From: Styela clava
Lineage: Eukaryota
Direction of reading: 5' to 3'
Assembly (NCBI RefSeq): GCF_964204865.1
Contig: NC_135261.1
Location: 620,001 to 684,000, forward strand
DNA length: 64,000 nucleotides
Shown: positions 51,501 through 64,000 of the stretch, one piece after another
Position numbering within the stretch: position 1 is the stretch's first letter
Layout: every line of letters begins with the position of its first letter
Program-made: the position numbers and the translations under genes
Notes under the pieces: generated by a model
The model's input: only the letters and a program-made list of their open reading frames with translations
What the model was told of the DNA's origin: nothing
The model's database searches: none

Positions 51501-54500
51501 TTTTTTCATTTGCAATGGTTGGGGATGTGAAAATTCTGATGCCAGGGTTATGCTAGTTCGAAGCAGCAAAAATTTTTAACGGTCATTTCCCGGAAGCTAA
51601 TGGTCCATTGACGTAAATCGAGCAGTGATCGTTTAAACTTTTTGATTGAAATAAATTTAAAATATTTTTATGTCGGTTACTCACTGTTGAATCAGGCAAT
51701 GATCACGCACTCAGGAGTTAGAAATGCCAGTGATTAATATCGTCGTGTTATTATCGTCGCCATATTGTTTCAAATAACATTTTTTCGAAAAATCTACCTT
51801 GATGGCAATTATCGCTACAATTTTATTTCAATTCACACATTTTACGACTTGAAATGGTTTTGGGCGTCCTTTTATAGCAGAGGTAAAAGTGGGAGTTGAA
51901 AGCCAAAATACTTCAAAAACTACATAATTGGAATTGAATTATATTTCGCGGCAAATATGAGCCAGCAGTCGCCAGGGTGTTTAAAATTTTAGGGGGGTGT
52001 TCACCCTCTATGGGGGTGGTGTGGGGAAATCACTGCCATATCAGACATTAAACAGGTATAGTTGCCAATAAATAAAGGCAGCTGTCACTTTAAATGAATA
52101 TAATGAAGTAATTTGTTATTTCTTTTCCAAAAAATGAACACTATTGGGTGCATTGTGGGTAAACCTAGTAATCTACTGTTGAATACGGCAATGATCACAC
52201 ACTCGACAGTTTTGGCTTTGTGACCAAACAAGTAGGCGCCGCCATATTGTTTCAAAGATTATTTTTGAGAGAAATCTACCTTGTGTAGGAATTATCGCGT
52301 CAATTTTATTCCTATTTCCATCTTCTACGACTTAAAATGATTACAGGCGACCTTTTATAGCAAAAGTAAATTAAAGTTGGAATTGAAAGCCCAAATACTA
52401 TAACACTCAACATAATTGGAGTTAAATTATATTTTGCGGCAAATATGACTCAACACCTGCCAGGGTGTTTAAAATTTTAGGGAGTGTTCACCTCTTATTG
52501 GAGGGATGTGGGGAAATCACTGTACTCCGCCAGACATTGAACAGCTTGTTGCACTTGTATAAAGGCAGCCGTCCCTTCAAATAAATATAATGAAATAATT
52601 TGTAATTTCTTTTTCAATAAATGAGCACTAATGGGTGTTTGGGATTAAAGTTGTGCTAAAGATTTAATTACCGCTGCTATAAAGTGATATAGGTGGGCTC
52701 TGGTTAGATTACCCCTTGTAATTCCTACAGAAATATTGTTCGCGTGTGTGTGATACATGGGTAGGCCAATTATGGCCCGCGGGCCATCGGAGTGTTTCAT
52801 CCGGCCCACTTGTGTCTGCTTAAATAACGACTATAGTTTTTATGGATTTAAATTTGTAAATATGTGTAATTAGCCCACTCGGAAAAGTAATTGCCCACCC
52901 TTGGACGTCAGCCAATCAAATTTGAAATCGGGGTACCAATTGATGTGACGATATTTCTGACATATCACGAATATTTAAAAAAATAGAAAAAATTTTTTTT
53001 TTCCAAATTTTGCAATCCATGCTCTCAACGCATGATAGCTGTTAACAAAAATAGCAAACTTACCACACAACTCACTGTCAGAATTGTCTTTGTCACAGCT
53101 ATTTCCGGATGATTGACATAAGCCCACTGTTTTGGCGACGCGATGGCCTATCGGTTGAAGCGTTCGACTTAATATATATTATACCGAGCTTGTACGGATC
53201 CTTCGCCCCCAACAGAGTCCTGTACAGACAGTCACTGATATTTAACAAATGTAACGCCCAAATCCTTTTTTATCTTAAAAATTGATCGTGCGCTTATAAG
53301 CAAGTTACACAAATGGGTGCTACCGTAGTATGTGCACCAAGATGGCGCACAACCTGAACATATGATTGCGTACCAAGTTCGGGTTCAGGTTGTGCGCCAT
53401 CTTGATCACACACTCAGGAGTTAGAAATGCCAGTGATTAATATCGTCGTGTTATTATCGTCGTGTTATTATCGTCGCCATATTGTTTCAAACAACATTTT
53501 TTAAAGAAATCTACCTTGATGGCAATTATCGCTTCAATTTTATTTAAATTCACACATTTTACGACTTGAAATGGTTTTGGGCGTCCTTTTATAGCAGAGG
53601 TAAAAGTGGGAGTTAAAAGCCAAAATACTATAAAAACCCAACATAATTGGAATTGAATTATATTTTGCGGCAAATATGACCCAGCTCTTGCCGGGGTGTT
53701 TAAAATTTTAGGGGGGTGTTCACCCTCTATGGGAGTGGTGTGGGGAAATCACTGCCAAATCAGACATTAAACAGGTATAGTTGCTATAATAAATAAAGGC
53801 AGCTTTCACTTTAAATGAATATAATGGAGTAATTTGTTATTTCTTTTCCAATAAATGAACACTATTGGGTGCATTGTGGGTAAACCTAGTAATGTAAGTT
53901 AAGTGCTAAAGAGTTAAGAACCGCTGCTATAAAGTGATTTAGTGAGACTCGGGGCAGATTTCGCCTTGTAATTCTCACACAAGATGAATTTTTCACAAAT
54001 ATATTGTTCGCATGTGTTTGATATATGTGTGGTCCAATTACGGCCCGCGGGCCACCAAAGAGTTTTATCCGGCCCACTTGTGTCTGCTGTAATTACGACT
54101 ATAGTTTTATTGATATAAATTTACGTTGGAAATATCCTTCGAACGTCAGTTAATCAAATTTGAAATCGGGGTACCGAATGACGTGGCAATATTTCTGACA
54201 TATCACGAATATTTAAAAATATAGAGAAAATTTTATTCCAACTTAAAGTAAATTTACCCAACAATCCTGAGACGCAACCCAATTTAGAGTTTTATGAACA
54301 TCTCGCAACCTATACATCGGTAATGTTTTCTCATGTTAGCTAAGTTTAGACAAGACATGGCATTGCAATTTCAATAATGCAAAAATGTGAAATTTGAGAA
54401 AAAATCGCAATGGAAAATTACTAGTTTTTTTTTTTGAGTGTATGGAAATATTGACGGAAAAAGTCCTGCGGTGAGAACTAGGCAATATTATCAACTTCCT

Positions 54501-57500
54501 TTTGCAATTCTCGCTATCGCTCAACTAATTTCCGTGGCATCGTTCATGAGTAACACCATGCTTTCGAAGTAACGCATTTCCAAAGCACATTCGTAATTTT
54601 ACGAGATCATAAACTTTAAAAAAATCGCGGAAGCTCACGTCAATCATTTACTTTCTTTTCAAACAGCGCAACGCAAATTTAACGCTAAATATATCAGTGA
54701 GATATTCTGATTATAATTTTACTCGAAGCCCTCACTATATTTTCCTAAGAATGACATATCACACGTAGAAATGCACTGAAATACCGCGTTTCATGCACAT
54801 GAAACAAGTTGGATTTTGCCCTTTCGAAAATTTGCGAGGTTTGCCCTTTATCACGTGATTTGTAACTCCAAGAGTCGGAATCGCAGACTTTCACGGGCGA
54901 TAAAATAACTCAAAACTTCCTACTAAATCTCAAAAAAATTAATTTTACCGTCTGTTAACTAGTTTTATAGATAGGTCACTCATTCACGCCGTTTGATATG
55001 AACAAGGCTTTGTATGAGCTACCACTGATATCTAACGATATGTAAAGAACTACTATCATTCGGAAATACCTAGATTTTTCCGGCTCGGCATTGCTTCCCC
55101 CAATTTATCACACCCTGGGTTAGAAGGTGGTTATGGAATTTAAACCATTGATAGGAAATAACGCTTCAACCACTAGGTCAAAGGGAATCAAACACAATTT
55201 ACATAGTGGCCACTTGAGGCAGAGTTTGGCCGGTTGTGTGCCACATCAGGTTGTTCACAATAAAAGCTCAGATTAAAAAATTCAAATCTGTTCTTACTTT
55301 GATTTTTTCAATCAAATATTTTACCGATGGACAGTGATGTCTCACGACAAGGAATATATGGTTACAATGTATCAATATAAATCTACGCGTCAGTGATTGT
55401 GACGTTAAGAATCCGAGAACTTATATAAAATGTATTACTCCTAAACATCAAACTTGTATAGAAAGTCGGGGGCCACAAACTGTCATCGTGCGGGCCGTAA
55501 TTGGCCCATCGGGCCTAGAGTTTGAGATCCCTGCACTAGGTCATCGCACTATAAAAGAGAAATTAGCATTGCGTGGAATAACTGTAGTTGTGGATACGAA
55601 ACCAATTTAAGTGTTTGCTCAATGCTGAGTTGAAATTCTTTTTTCTTCAAAGATGTTTCCGTCGCATATTGGATAAGAGATAAAAAAAAAATTCAAATTC
55701 GTGAAGAGGTGTAATTAGAGAATAAAGTCTGGGAATGTTTGTTATAAAGATATTTTTATGTCGGTTTCTCACTGTTGAATCAGGTAATGAGTTTTGGCTT
55801 TGTGGCCAAACAAGCAGGCCTCGCCATATTGTTTCAAAGAACATTTTTGAGAGAAATCTACCTTGTGTGGGAATTATCGCGTTAATTTTATCCCTATTCT
55901 CATCTTCTACGACTTAAAATGATTATAGGCGACATTTTATAGCAGATGTAAATTAAAATTGGAATTGAATGTCTAAATACTATGAAAACCTAACATAATT
56001 GGAATTAAAAATATATTTTGCGGCAAATATGACTCAACACTCGCCAGGGTGTTTGAAATTTCAGGGGGTGTTCACCCCTTATTGGAGAGATGTGGGGAAA
56101 TCACTGTACTCCGCCAGACATTGAACAGCTAGTTGTATAAAGGCAGCCGTCCCTTCAAATAAATATAATGAAATAATTTGTAATTTCTTTTTCAATAAAT
56201 GAGCACTAATGGGTGTTTTGGATTAAAGTTGTGCTAAAGATTTAATTACCGCTGCTATAAAGTGATATAGGTGGGCTCTGGTTAGATTACCCTTGTAATT
56301 CCTACAGAAATATTGTTCGCGTGTGCTTGATACATGGGTGGGCCAATTATGGCCCGCGGGCCATCGAAGTGTTTCATCCGGCCCACTTGTGTCTGCTTAA
56401 ATAACGACTATAGTTTTTATGGATTTAAATTTGTAAATATGTGTAATTAGCCCACTCGGAAAAGTAATTGCCCACCCTTGGACGTCAGCCAATCAAATTT
56501 GAAATCGGGGTACCAATTGATGTGACGATATTTCTGACATATCACGAATATTTAAAAATATAGAAAAGAACTTTTTTCCAACTTTTGCAATCCATGCTCT
56601 CAACGCATGATAGCTGTTAACAAAAATAGTAAACTTACCACACAACTCACTGTCAGAGTTGTCTTTGTCGCAGCTATTTCCTGATGATTGACTTAAGCCC
56701 ACTGTTTTGGCGACGCGATGGTCTATTGGTTGAAGCGTTCGACTTAATATATATTATACCGAGCTTGTTCGGGTCCTTCGCCCCCAACAGGGTCCTGTAC
56801 AGACAGTCACTGATATTTAACAAATGTAACGCCCAAATCCTTTTTTATCTTAAAAATGGATCGTGCGCTTATGAGCAAGTCACACAAATGGGTGCTCCCA
56901 TAGTGTGTGCACCAAGATGGCGCACAACCTGAACATAGTATGTGTACCAAGTTCGGGTTCAGGTTGTGCGCCATCTTGGAGCACATACAACAGCAGCGAA
57001 GCTTATGTATAGAAAATGCCCCAGTCACCCCTTGTCCATATTCGGCGTTGTGTGCGTTGATTTCATAGATGGGCAAGCGATACGACCCAACAGTCGCCAG
57101 GGTGTTTAAAATATTAGGGAGTTGTCAACCCCTCATGGGAGTGGTGTGGGGAAATCACTGCACAAATCAGACATTGAACAGCTATTTGCCAATAAATAAA
57201 GGTAGCAGTCACATTGAATAAATATAATGAGATAATTTACTGATTTTTTTCCAATAAATGGGCTTTTCTGAGTGTTTGAAGTTAAAATGATAAATCTAAT
57301 TAAAGTGCTGAAGAGTTGGTGAGAACCGCTGGTGATATAGTAGGTTCGGTTTAGATTTCCCTTGTAATTCCCACACAAAGTAGTTACCTCACAAAAATAT
57401 TGTTCTTGTGTGTTTGATACATGGGTGGGCCAATTACGGCTCGCGGGTCACCGAAGTGTTTCATCAGGCCCACTTATGTCTGCTTAAATTACGACTATAA

Positions 57501-60500
57501 TTTTTATGAACATAAATAAACGTTGAAAATATCGATGTGAATTACGTCACGTAAGCCAATCAAATTTGTAATCGGGGTACCGAATGACGTGGCAATATTT
57601 CTGACATACCACGAGTATTTGAAAATATAGAAAAAAAAACACCCTTTGACGTCAGCCAATCAAATTTAAAATCGGGCTACCGAATGACGAATCGATATTT
57701 GTGGCATACCACGAATATTTAAAAATATAGAGGAAACTTTATTCCAACTTTTAGAATTCATGCTATCAAGGCGCGATAGATGTTAACAAAAAGGTAAATT
57801 TACCCAACAACTTACGCTACAATTGTTACGCTATGTGTAGATTAAACCAGGGGTTCCTAATTAAACGTTTTTGAGACGCAACCCAATTTAGGATTTCAAG
57901 AACATTTCGCAACCTATACATCGGAAAGATGTTTTCTCATGTTAGCTAAGTTTAGACAAGACATGGCAATGCAATTTCAATAATGCAAAAATGTGAAATT
58001 TGAGGAAAAAACACGCCCATCGTAAATATGCAGTTGATGGTTAGAGAGGATTTGGAAATTTGATATTTTAGAGCAATGGAAAATTACTAGTTTTTTTTTT
58101 TTGAGTTTTGGAAATATTGATGGAAAAAGTCCTGCGATGAGAACTAGACAATATTATCAACTTCCCTTTGCAATTCTCGCTATCGCTCAGCTAATTTCCG
58201 CTGCATCGTTCATGAGTAACACCATGCTTTCGAAGTAACGTATTTCCAAAGCCCATTCGTAATTTTACGAGATCATTATCGTTTTAAAAAATCGCGGAAG
58301 CTCACGTCAATCATTTACTTTCTTTTCAAACAGCGCAACGCAAATTAACGCTAAATATATCAGTGAGATATTCTGATTATAATTTTACTCGAAGCCCTCA
58401 CTATATTTTCCAAAAAAATCACATATCACACGTAGAAATGCATTGAAATACCGCGTTTCATGGACATCAAACAAGTTGGATTTTGCCCCTTTGTGAATTT
58501 GCGAGGATTGCCCTTCACCACGTGATTTGTAACTCCGGGAGTCGGAATCGCAGACTTTCAATGGCGATAAAATGACTCAAAACTTCCTACTAAACTCAAT
58601 AAAACATTGGCATTGGCATTGCTTCCCCTAATTTATCACAACCTAGGTTAGGAGGTGGGTATGAAATTTGAACCAGAGATGTAAAACAGCGCTTTAACCA
58701 CACGGCCTACGCTCTATAAAGGAGGAATTAGCATTGTAGGGGATAATCGTAGTTGTATAAACGCAACGCAATCAATTTTATACATCTGCACAATGCTAAG
58801 TTGAAATTCCTTTTTCTAAAGACTTTTTCGTCCGTCGCCCATTGCATAGTGTGGGTACATTTTATTTTCAGTTCGCAAAGAGTTAAATTAGAGAATGAAG
58901 GCTGAGAACTTTTGCTGTAAAGTATACAGAGATGAACGAATTAGCGCAGAGATTAAATTCGATAACAACAGACGAAAGCGAGATGAATTTCTGATTATTT
59001 TTCGCATTTCTTTTTTCATTTGCAATGGTTGGGGATGTGAAAATTCTGATGCCAGGGTTATGCTAGTTCGAAGCAGCAAAAATTTTTAACGGTCATTTCC
59101 CGGAAGCTAATGGTCCATTGACGTAAATCGAGCAGTGATCGTTTAAACTTTTTGATTGAAATAAATTTAAAATATTTTTATGTCGGTTACTCACTGTTGA
59201 ATCAGGCAATGATCACGCACTCAGGAGTTAGAAATGCCAGTGATTAATATCGTCGTGTTATTATCGTCGCCATATTGTTTCAAATAACATTTTTTCGAAA
59301 AATCTACCTTGATGGCAATTATCGCTACAATTTTATTTCAATTCACACATTTTACGACTTGAAATGGTTTTGGGCGTCCTTTTATAGCAGAGGTAAAAGT
59401 GGGAGTTGAAAGCCAAAATACTTCAAAAACTACATAATTGGAATTGAATTATATTTCGCGGCAAATATGAGCCAGCAGTCGCCAGGGTGTTTAAAATTTT
59501 AGGGGGGTGTTCACCCTCTATGGGGGTGGTGTGGGGAAATCACTGCCATATCAGACATTAAACAGGTATAGTTGCCAATAAATAAAGGCAGCTGTCACTT
59601 TAAATGAATATAATGAAGTAATTTGTTATTTCTTTTCCAAAAAATGAACACTATTGGGTGCATTGTGGGTAAACCTAGTAATCTACTGTTGAATACGGCA
59701 ATGATCACACACTCGACAGTTTTGGCTTTGTGACCAAACAAGTAGGCGCCGCCATATTGTTTCAAAGATTATTTTTGAGAGAAATCTACCTTGTGTAGGA
59801 ATTATCGCGTCAATTTTATTCCTATTTCCATCTTCTACGACTTAAAATGATTACAGGCGACCTTTTATAGCAAAAGTAAATTAAAGTTGGAATTGAAAGC
59901 CCAAATACTATAACACTCAACATAATTGGAGTTAAATTATATTTTGCGGCAAATATGACTCAACACCTGCCAGGGTGTTTAAAATTTTAGGGAGTGTTCA
60001 CCTCTTATTGGAGGGATGTGGGGAAATCACTGTACTCCGCCAGACATTGAACAGCTTGTTGCACTTGTATAAAGGCAGCCGTCCCTTCAAATAAATATAA
60101 TGAAATAATTTGTAATTTCTTTTTCAATAAATGAGCACTAATGGGTGTTTGGGATTAAAGTTGTGCTAAAGATTTAATTACCGCTGCTATAAAGTGATAT
60201 AGGTGGGCTCTGGTTAGATTACCCCTTGTAATTCCTACAGAAATATTGTTCGCGTGTGTGTGATACATGGGTAGGCCAATTATGGCCCGCGGGCCATCGG
60301 AGTGTTTCATCCGGCCCACTTGTGTCTGCTTAAATAACGACTATAGTTTTTATGGATTTAAATTTGTAAATATGTGTAATTAGCCCACTCGGAAAAGTAA
60401 TTGCCCACCCTTGGACGTCAGCCAATCAAATTTGAAATCGGGGTACCAATTGATGTGACGATATTTCTGACATATCACGAATATTTAAAAAAATAGAAAA

Positions 60501-63500
60501 AATTTTTTTTTTCCAAATTTTGCAATCCATGCTCTCAACGCATGATAGCTGTTAACAAAAATAGCAAACTTACCACACAACTCACTGTCAGAATTGTCTT
60601 TGTCACAGCTATTTCCGGATGATTGACATAAGCCCACTGTTTTGGCGACGCGATGGCCTATCGGTTGAAGCGTTCGACTTAATATATATTATACCGAGCT
60701 TGTACGGATCCTTCGCCCCCAACAGAGTCCTGTACAGACAGTCACTGATATTTAACAAATGTAACGCCCAAATCCTTTTTTATCTTAAAAATTGATCGTG
60801 CGCTTATAAGCAAGTTACACAAATGGGTGCTACCGTAGTATGTGCACCAAGATGGCGCACAACCTGAACATATGATTGCGTACCAAGTTCGGGTTCAGGT
60901 TGTGCGCCATCTTGATCACACACTCAGGAGTTAGAAATGCCAGTGATTAATATCGTCGTGTTATTATCGTCGTGTTATTATCGTCGCCATATTGTTTCAA
61001 ACAACATTTTTTAAAGAAATCTACCTTGATGGCAATTATCGCTTCAATTTTATTTAAATTCACACATTTTACGACTTGAAATGGTTTTGGGCGTCCTTTT
61101 ATAGCAGAGGTAAAAGTGGGAGTTAAAAGCCAAAATACTATAAAAACCCAACATAATTGGAATTGAATTATATTTTGCGGCAAATATGACCCAGCTCTTG
61201 CCGGGGTGTTTAAAATTTTAGGGGGGTGTTCACCCTCTATGGGAGTGGTGTGGGGAAATCACTGCCAAATCAGACATTAAACAGGTATAGTTGCTATAAT
61301 AAATAAAGGCAGCTTTCACTTTAAATGAATATAATGGAGTAATTTGTTATTTCTTTTCCAATAAATGAACACTATTGGGTGCATTGTGGGTAAACCTAGT
61401 AATGTAAGTTAAGTGCTAAAGAGTTAAGAACCGCTGCTATAAAGTGATTTAGTGAGACTCGGGGCAGATTTCGCCTTGTAATTCTCACACAAGATGAATT
61501 TTTCACAAATATATTGTTCGCATGTGTTTGATATATGTGTGGTCCAATTACGGCCCGCGGGCCACCAAAGAGTTTTATCCGGCCCACTTGTGTCTGCTGT
61601 AATTACGACTATAGTTTTATTGATATAAATTTACGTTGGAAATATCCTTCGAACGTCAGTTAATCAAATTTGAAATCGGGGTACCGAATGACGTGGCAAT
61701 ATTTCTGACATATCACGAATATTTAAAAATATAGAGAAAATTTTATTCCAACTTAAAGTAAATTTACCCAACAATCCTGAGACGCAACCCAATTTAGAGT
61801 TTTATGAACATCTCGCAACCTATACATCGGTAATGTTTTCTCATGTTAGCTAAGTTTAGACAAGACATGGCATTGCAATTTCAATAATGCAAAAATGTGA
61901 AATTTGAGAAAAAATCGCAATGGAAAATTACTAGTTTTTTTTTTTGAGTGTATGGAAATATTGACGGAAAAAGTCCTGCGGTGAGAACTAGGCAATATTA
62001 TCAACTTCCTTTTGCAATTCTCGCTATCGCTCAACTAATTTCCGTGGCATCGTTCATGAGTAACACCATGCTTTCGAAGTAACGCATTTCCAAAGCACAT
62101 TCGTAATTTTACGAGATCATAAACTTTAAAAAAATCGCGGAAGCTCACGTCAATCATTTACTTTCTTTTCAAACAGCGCAACGCAAATTTAACGCTAAAT
62201 ATATCAGTGAGATATTCTGATTATAATTTTACTCGAAGCCCTCACTATATTTTCCTAAGAATGACATATCACACGTAGAAATGCACTGAAATACCGCGTT
62301 TCATGCACATGAAACAAGTTGGATTTTGCCCTTTCGAAAATTTGCGAGGTTTGCCCTTTATCACGTGATTTGTAACTCCAAGAGTCGGAATCGCAGACTT
62401 TCACGGGCGATAAAATAACTCAAAACTTCCTACTAAATCTCAAAAAAATTAATTTTACCGTCTGTTAACTAGTTTTATAGATAGGTCACTCATTCACGCC
62501 GTTTGATATGAACAAGGCTTTGTATGAGCTACCACTGATATCTAACGATATGTAAAGAACTACTATCATTCGGAAATACCTAGATTTTTCCGGCTCGGCA
62601 TTGCTTCCCCCAATTTATCACACCCTGGGTTAGAAGGTGGTTATGGAATTTAAACCATTGATAGGAAATAACGCTTCAACCACTAGGTCAAAGGGAATCA
62701 AACACAATTTACATAGTGGCCACTTGAGGCAGAGTTTGGCCGGTTGTGTGCCACATCAGGTTGTTCACAATAAAAGCTCAGATTAAAAAATTCAAATCTG
62801 TTCTTACTTTGATTTTTTCAATCAAATATTTTACCGATGGACAGTGATGTCTCACGACAAGGAATATATGGTTACAATGTATCAATATAAATCTACGCGT
62901 CAGTGATTGTGACGTTAAGAATCCGAGAACTTATATAAAATGTATTACTCCTAAACATCAAACTTGTATAGAAAGTCGGGGGCCACAAACTGTCATCGTG
63001 CGGGCCGTAATTGGCCCATCGGGCCTAGAGTTTGAGATCCCTGCACTAGGTCATCGCACTATAAAAGAGAAATTAGCATTGCGTGGAATAACTGTAGTTG
63101 TGGATACGAAACCAATTTAAGTGTTTGCTCAATGCTGAGTTGAAATTCTTTTTTCTTCAAAGATGTTTCCGTCGCATATTGGATAAGAGATAAAAAAAAA
63201 ATTCAAATTCGTGAAGAGGTGTAATTAGAGAATAAAGTCTGGGAATGTTTGTTATAAAGATATTTTTATGTCGGTTTCTCACTGTTGAATCAGGTAATGA
63301 GTTTTGGCTTTGTGGCCAAACAAGCAGGCCTCGCCATATTGTTTCAAAGAACATTTTTGAGAGAAATCTACCTTGTGTGGGAATTATCGCGTTAATTTTA
63401 TCCCTATTCTCATCTTCTACGACTTAAAATGATTATAGGCGACATTTTATAGCAGATGTAAATTAAAATTGGAATTGAATGTCTAAATACTATGAAAACC

Positions 63501-64000
63501 TAACATAATTGGAATTAAAAATATATTTTGCGGCAAATATGACTCAACACTCGCCAGGGTGTTTGAAATTTCAGGGGGTGTTCACCCCTTATTGGAGAGA
63601 TGTGGGGAAATCACTGTACTCCGCCAGACATTGAACAGCTAGTTGTATAAAGGCAGCCGTCCCTTCAAATAAATATAATGAAATAATTTGTAATTTCTTT
63701 TTCAATAAATGAGCACTAATGGGTGTTTTGGATTAAAGTTGTGCTAAAGATTTAATTACCGCTGCTATAAAGTGATATAGGTGGGCTCTGGTTAGATTAC
63801 CCTTGTAATTCCTACAGAAATATTGTTCGCGTGTGCTTGATACATGGGTGGGCCAATTATGGCCCGCGGGCCATCGAAGTGTTTCATCCGGCCCACTTGT
63901 GTCTGCTTAAATAACGACTATAGTTTTTATGGATTTAAATTTGTAAATATGTGTAATTAGCCCACTCGGAAAAGTAATTGCCCACCCTTGGACGTCAGCC
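48540..64000. repeat. Complex tandem array of MITE/SINE-derived subunits with a 7510-bp higher-order duplication
   Basis: Identical spurious ORFs recur at an exact +7510 offset (51378/58888, 53437/60947, 53886/61396, 54336/61846, 55647/63157); ~0.7-1.5 kb subunits recur many times. Confidence 0.95.

Noticed and set aside
53135-53210. tRNA gene
   Set aside because: Only A-box-like and weak B-box sequence, with no cloverleaf; more likely a SINE head remnant.
51378-63427. Duplicated 60-89 aa ORFs in the tandem array
   Set aside because: No recognisable domains; they are identical only because of the 7510-bp duplication.

Overview
AT-rich invertebrate eukaryotic genomic DNA; the lectin gene looks ascidian (Styela-like), which is an inference. 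(1) 1-24.6 kb is a retroelement pile-up. A U2 snRNA 5' fragment (nt 1-40) is fused to the first of three head-to-tail, mutually divergent Tx1/L1-clade non-LTR retrotransposons, each with internal deletions. Element 1's 3' UTR has a box C/D snoRNA-like layout, and its internal K-turn hairpin recurs with compensatory changes in element 3. Elements 1 and 3 end in poly(A) at the same position of a G-rich repeat, and an inverted copy of that repeat lies at the left edge. The last repeat copy holds a nest: minus-strand Gypsy > plus-strand Gypsy with identical LTRs > mariner-derived foldback element, all with intact TSDs. (2) 29.0-46.7 kb (minus strand) is a phase-consistent 15-exon gene for a ~643-aa secreted protein (signal peptide, coiled coil, CCP, MAM, 3 CCP, C-type lectin). 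Its introns hold MITEs and a 4.6-kb minisatellite. (3) 48.5-64 kb is a non-coding complex tandem array with a near-identical 7510-bp higher-order duplication.
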